From positions 1 through 64,000 of the forward strand of contig CBFDEM010000043.1 in the NCBI GenBank assembly GCA_965603825.1: a stretch of 64,000 nucleotides of DNA. The letters run 5' to 3'. Positions 59,741-64,000 of this stretch are shown piece by piece. The notes under the pieces were generated by a model, which did not search any database, was not told where the DNA came from, and was given only the letters and a program-made list of their open reading frames with translations. This DNA comes from Blepharisma stoltei ATCC 30299. Its lineage: Eukaryota; Protista; Ciliophora. Made by a program: the position numbers and the translations under genes. The stretch's first letter is position 1; every line of letters begins with the position of its first letter.

Positions 59741-62074
59741 ATGGAATCTTTCAGCAGTCCATATGGATTTATGTTTGACCATCTTCAAGGAGTATCTCTT
59801 ACATAGATTGAAGACATCGTCCTCAATATAAATAAGCTTGCCATGGAAGCTTTACATGAAAACGACTTCAATACCTCGGTGACTTTACTTCACAGAGCTA
59901 ATCATATGCTTAGACAGCAGCCTGTAAATTTGCAAACAATCAAGCTTAGAGCAATTACTTTGAACAATTTAGGATGCCTATATAAAAGGACTAACCAAAA
60001 TCCTAAGGCTTTGCAATTTCTGAAAGAAGCTTTGGAATGCGAAAAGAAGTTACCAGGAGATTATACGAATATAGCAGGGACACATCTTAATATATGTGCA
60101 ATAAAATCGCTACTGAACCATCATGAAGAGTCGTTAGCACATGCACTTAAAGCGATTAATATTATTCAGCAAAACCCTTTTTTAGATGAAGAGCTTATAA
60201 GATCTCTTGTCGTAGCTTATTATAACGCAGGAACTGAGTACCAATATTTGCATAGAAATTCTGAAGCTACTGCATTTTTAAGGCATGGGCATAATTTGTC
60301 GTCAAAACATTTAGGCAAAAACCACCCTTTAACTCTAAGTTTTGGGATAGGAAAAAATGAAAAAAATAAGAAATCTAAAAGAGGCAAATTAAAGCCGATT
60401 GATTTTGAGTTGATAAATAAAAGTCTAGACCTTGAAGAAGAAAAAATAGACCAATCTGCTGAGAAAAATGAAGAATCATTGCTGCCTGATATTTTTAGTA
60501 AAAGCAGAGCTCAGACTATAAGAAACAACGATGGGATACAGCTGGATACGACACCCTGGATTGATGATGGCAAAGAAAAAAAAGTCAGAGGGTATTTTAG
60601 CTCTTCAAGAAATAATAAAACAAAGAAAATTCCTCTAGAAGAAAGGAAAAGCATATCAAATGAAATTTCAACGCCCAGAAGATCATATAAAATTCCTCAA
60701 ACGTTGAGAGAAAAAATTGAAAAATTTTCAATGTCCCCAAAGCATGAAGACAGTTTTGATAGAAAATTAGGCCACAAGGCAGGAAATAAATCAGAAGGCC
60801 AAGTTGTTCCGTTTAAATTCAATTCAAGCCTTGATAAAGACTCTCTGACACCATCCAAAAATATCGTAAAAAATAAAGTGAATTCTCAAACAAGCACTAT
60901 TAAATCAGACAAACAACTAAAGCCTAAATCTCCAGCCAAATTAAATCCTATCACAAATAAAAATCAAGCTAAACCTGCAGTTCAAAATATTTTTCAAATA
61001 AAAAAAGACCAAAATAAGTCTCCTTTTATTACTTATGAAAGTCCTATTCCAACTGTGAAAAGAGACTCAACTAATAGCACCCTGCCTGCATTTTCAAAAG
61101 ATACTGAAAACAGCCCGAATGTAAAAAATCATAAGTCAAGTAATAGCTCTCTACCAAGGACTAAAGACTCAAGTAACAGCCCATTTCCTAGCTCAAAAAC
61201 TAAAGACTCAAGCAGCAGTCCTATGCCCTCTTTTTCTCAAGCTTCTTTAGCTCAAACTCCTCCAAAAAAAGCAGTTTCTCCTTTATCAAGTAATGTAAAA
61301 ACACGTTTAAATTCTATTGATGATAAATTATCAACACTGCAAGACAGATTAAATACGTTTGAAAATAAGATTCAGCCATTAAAAGAATTAACAGAAGTTG
61401 AAGAAGATACCATAAGCAATATATCAGTTCCTCCGGATAATGCAGGAAAAAGAGTAGCAGCAGCAATTAAAATTCAAGCTAAATTTAAGGGTTGAAAAGA
61501 GCATCAAAAATATAAAAAAATAAAGGAAAGCATAATAAAAATACAAAAAAATGTTAGGGGCTGAATTTGCAAAAAAAATTATCAAAAAATAAAGAAAAAT
61601 GCTATAGTAATACAAAAATATGTAAAAGGATGAATTTGTAGGGAAAATTACGCGAAACTGAAGTTGGAGTTAAAAAATCAAAAAAATTTTGGTCAGCAGT
61701 TTGGCACAAGTTTGGTAAAAACAGAAGACATACAGAGCCAAACAGATTTAAACATGCGTGATCCAATTTTGTCAGCAATTCATTTAGCTCCTTCAAAGAC
61801 CTTAGCAAATAAATCACTTTTAAGTATTGTATCATTAATCCAAGCCCACATCAGAGGATTTTTAAAGCGAAAATGATATAAAAAAACTAAAAATTCTATC
61901 CTGTTAATTCAAAGAGCAGCAAAAAAATATAAATTTTGTCGGCTGTATAAAGAAATATTGCATGCAATAATTTTCATCCAAGCCATGTATAGAGGCTACA
62001 GAGTCCGTAAGCATTATAAACGACCTTTAAAATTTGGTGAAAATGCTGTTTTCAAATCTATAAAGGTTTGGTAA
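59741..62074 (+). CDS. TPR-repeat protein with disordered middle and ~6 C-terminal IQ motifs; one 15-nt intron
   Basis: AITLNNLGCLYK and AGTHLNICAIKS TPRs. IQAKFKGW/IQKNVRGW/IQKYVKGW with UGA at 61493, 61562, 61631 (69-nt period). TAA 62072-62074. Confidence 0.88.
59792..59806 (+). other. 15-nt intron GTATCTCTTACATAG
   Basis: Links ATG 59741 to the main ORF, removing an in-frame TAG. A at -6. Confidence 0.82.
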
Positions 62075-62175
62075 AATAATTAAAATTTTTGTGCATTTTT
62101 TCTTTATAATTCATGAATAAATGCTTAATTTTAGACTCTTTAAAAATATTCTTTTAATTTTAAAAATAAGCATAC

Positions 62176-62862
62176 ATGGAGACTAAGTAATAGAAACTTA
62201 GACTGTTCCTTACAGCTGACGAAGAAACTAAGGCTTATCAAATGCTAAACCTTCTCGAGCTTCATGACGAGAGCGCCGATTTTCTCCATCCAGTGGATTG
62301 GAAACTTCTAGCGATCCCTGACTATCCTTTGCAGATCAAAAATCCTATGGATCTAGGCTCAATCAAAAAGAAAATAAAGAGCAAGGCTTACCATAATTTA
62401 TCTGATTTTATTGCTGACGTGCAGCTAGTTTGGAATAATTGCAAGACTTATAATGAATCACATACAGTATGCGATAATTAGGACGTTTATCAACAAGCTG
62501 AGTTCTTGGAAAAACAAATGAGAAGATATTGCACAAAATTAAAAATTCCGGTACCAAGAGGCCAAGCTAAGCACTTGAGGGACGAAGAAGAAATAGTAAG
62601 GGAAGACCCGAATGTGGTTTCATTTGAAGAAAAATGGGAAATGACTGAACAAATAAAAAAATTAGGCCAATCCACGCTAGAAGAAATTGTACAATTAATC
62701 ACGACAAATGCACCACATGCTGTTGAAAATGAAGAGCAGGAAAAAATAAAAGTAAAGCTTGATGAAGTTGATAGGGATACTTTTACGAAAATGCAAGAAA
62801 TTATAGTCAGAAGTTTTACTGTTGATGAAGGAGCGCCACATAAAAAGGCTAAAAGATCTTAG
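62176..62862 (+). CDS. Single-bromodomain + ET-domain protein (218 aa); two 15-nt introns
   Basis: FLHPVDW..IPDYPLQIKNPMDLGSIKKK..DVQLVWNNCKTYN; ET-like SFEEKWEMTEQIKKL..LEEIVQLI. Confidence 0.92.
62187..62201 (+). other. 15-nt intron GTAATAGAAACTTAG
   Basis: Joins ATG 62176 to the bromodomain frame; retention gives an in-frame TAA. A at -6. Confidence 0.8.
62467..62481 (+). other. 15-nt intron GTATGCGATAATTAG
   Basis: Removes an in-frame TAG inside the bromodomain. A at -6. Confidence 0.9.
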
Positions 62863-62966
62863 ATAATAAAGAAAATTATAGCTTTAAATTATTTTGAGAA
62901 TTTAATTAAGATTTAGCATATTAATACGACTTTGATATACATAAAATATTGATATTACAAAATTAC

Positions 62967-64000
62967 CTAGAATATCTCTTGCAGCTCCACATCATGCTTC
63001 TTGATATCTCTATTTAGCAGCTTAAGAACTGCTTTAGCGCCTATAATTAGCATCTGTTTCTTTATTTTTTGGGTCTCCAGCCCCATAACTGAATTTTTTC
63101 CTAAATTTCTCTCTCCAAAAATAGTTCCTTCCCTAAAATTATTGCTTCCTTTTTCTGATGCAACTGGATCTTTAATAGATTCTTTATTTTGTACATGTTC
63201 TACTCCTTGTATTAGTCTAGATTCCTTTTGTGCAATAGAGTCATCAATCCTTCCTGAAATTTTATAAGTCTTTTTTTCTTCTTCATCTTCTTGGAATTTT
63301 TCATTATTTACGTTTAAGTTAAAAATTTTGATATTTGGCTCTGGCTTGTTTCATCTGGACTCAGAAACTTGTGGCTTGAGCTCAGGAATTTGCAGTTTCT
63401 CTGAGTTATTTTGTGCCTTGTTTTCTGAGAGCGATTTTCTTATTTGTGGAAGTGGAGGACTTTCAAGCTCATTAGACTTTTTCTGCTTCGAGCTTATACT
63501 GTTTTGTTTTATTTCTTCACACATTTTGTTAATTCTGTTTATAATTTCTATTCTTTTTGCTGAATAAATAGGATCTTTCCGCAGCCTATTATGAATTTCT
63601 TCTTCAGAAAACCGTAAAAATTGATTTTCCAATGCAGACACAATTTTTTGTCGAATTTCAGTTAAATATTCATAGTCATAGTTATAAAAAGTTTCTATTG
63701 GAGATGTGTATTTTTCATGAAAGGCTAAATGCGTTTGTCTTTGCATTAGCGGCCTAATCCTGTTTGCAATGTTAGTTTTTTTCCTCTGAGCTTCAAGATT
63801 TATTAGTTTTATGCTTGGAAAATCAACTTGGGTTTCGATATTCTCTTTAGACGCTGCAATTTCTGCAGAGATTTCTTCTTTTTTCTTCGTTTTTTGAATG
63901 GAAATCTCTTCAATGGTTTTGTTGACTTTTAAAGAAGAAATGTTTTCTTGCGATTTTTCGTCTTCGGAAGCAGAATCATCTTCAAGATCATGAGCATTTG
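62967..64000 (-). CDS. Hypothetical charged protein, 5'-truncated by the window edge
   Basis: Frame open from the window end through UGA 63351 to TAG 62967-62969. Confidence 0.7.

Noticed and set aside
13916-62074. UGA as selenocysteine or cysteine
   Set aside because: Where the family is recognisable, UGA aligns to conserved Trp rather than catalytic Cys. No SECIS identified.
6419-63353. Many genes apparently broken by premature stops (mass pseudogenisation)
   Set aside because: The breaks are in-frame UGA at Trp positions or 15-16-nt introns, and the frames continue intact.

Overview
Left end of a telomere-capped, AT-rich, gene-dense eukaryotic chromosome, most likely a macronuclear chromosome of the heterotrich ciliate Blepharisma. 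Three signatures support this: a ~4.2 kb (CCCTAACA)n telomere; UGA read as Trp (over 50 in-frame UGAs, many at conserved Trp sites, and every reconstructed gene ends in TAA/TAG); and 15-16 nt GT-AG introns with an invariant A at -6. The supplied standard-code ORF track is therefore fragmented. Re-reading with UGA=Trp and micro-introns gives about 37 protein genes, a tRNA-Gly(CCC) and some decayed relics. Recognisable genes include an ABCB transporter, P3A H+-ATPase, FMO, MFS/SLC37-like transporter, HP1-like protein, DOT1-like methyltransferase, PRMT1, DHHC PAT, ataxin-3-like, DCAF7, CAP, DAD1, longin R-SNARE, MCM6 and a bromo-ET protein. The most interesting observations are: a telomere-adjacent secreted cathepsin-B homolog lacking both catalytic Cys and His; a tandem pair of B-box-like/coiled-coil/C4C4-RING proteins; a 16xWD40-TRP-like channel; a secreted protein with a prokaryote-type eight-cysteine-cluster motif; a Trp-rich 75-aa ORF invisible under the standard code; a TM-PAS pseudo-histidine-kinase; and decayed tandem duplications in the non-coding islands. 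All family calls come from motif recognition by eye; no searches were run.
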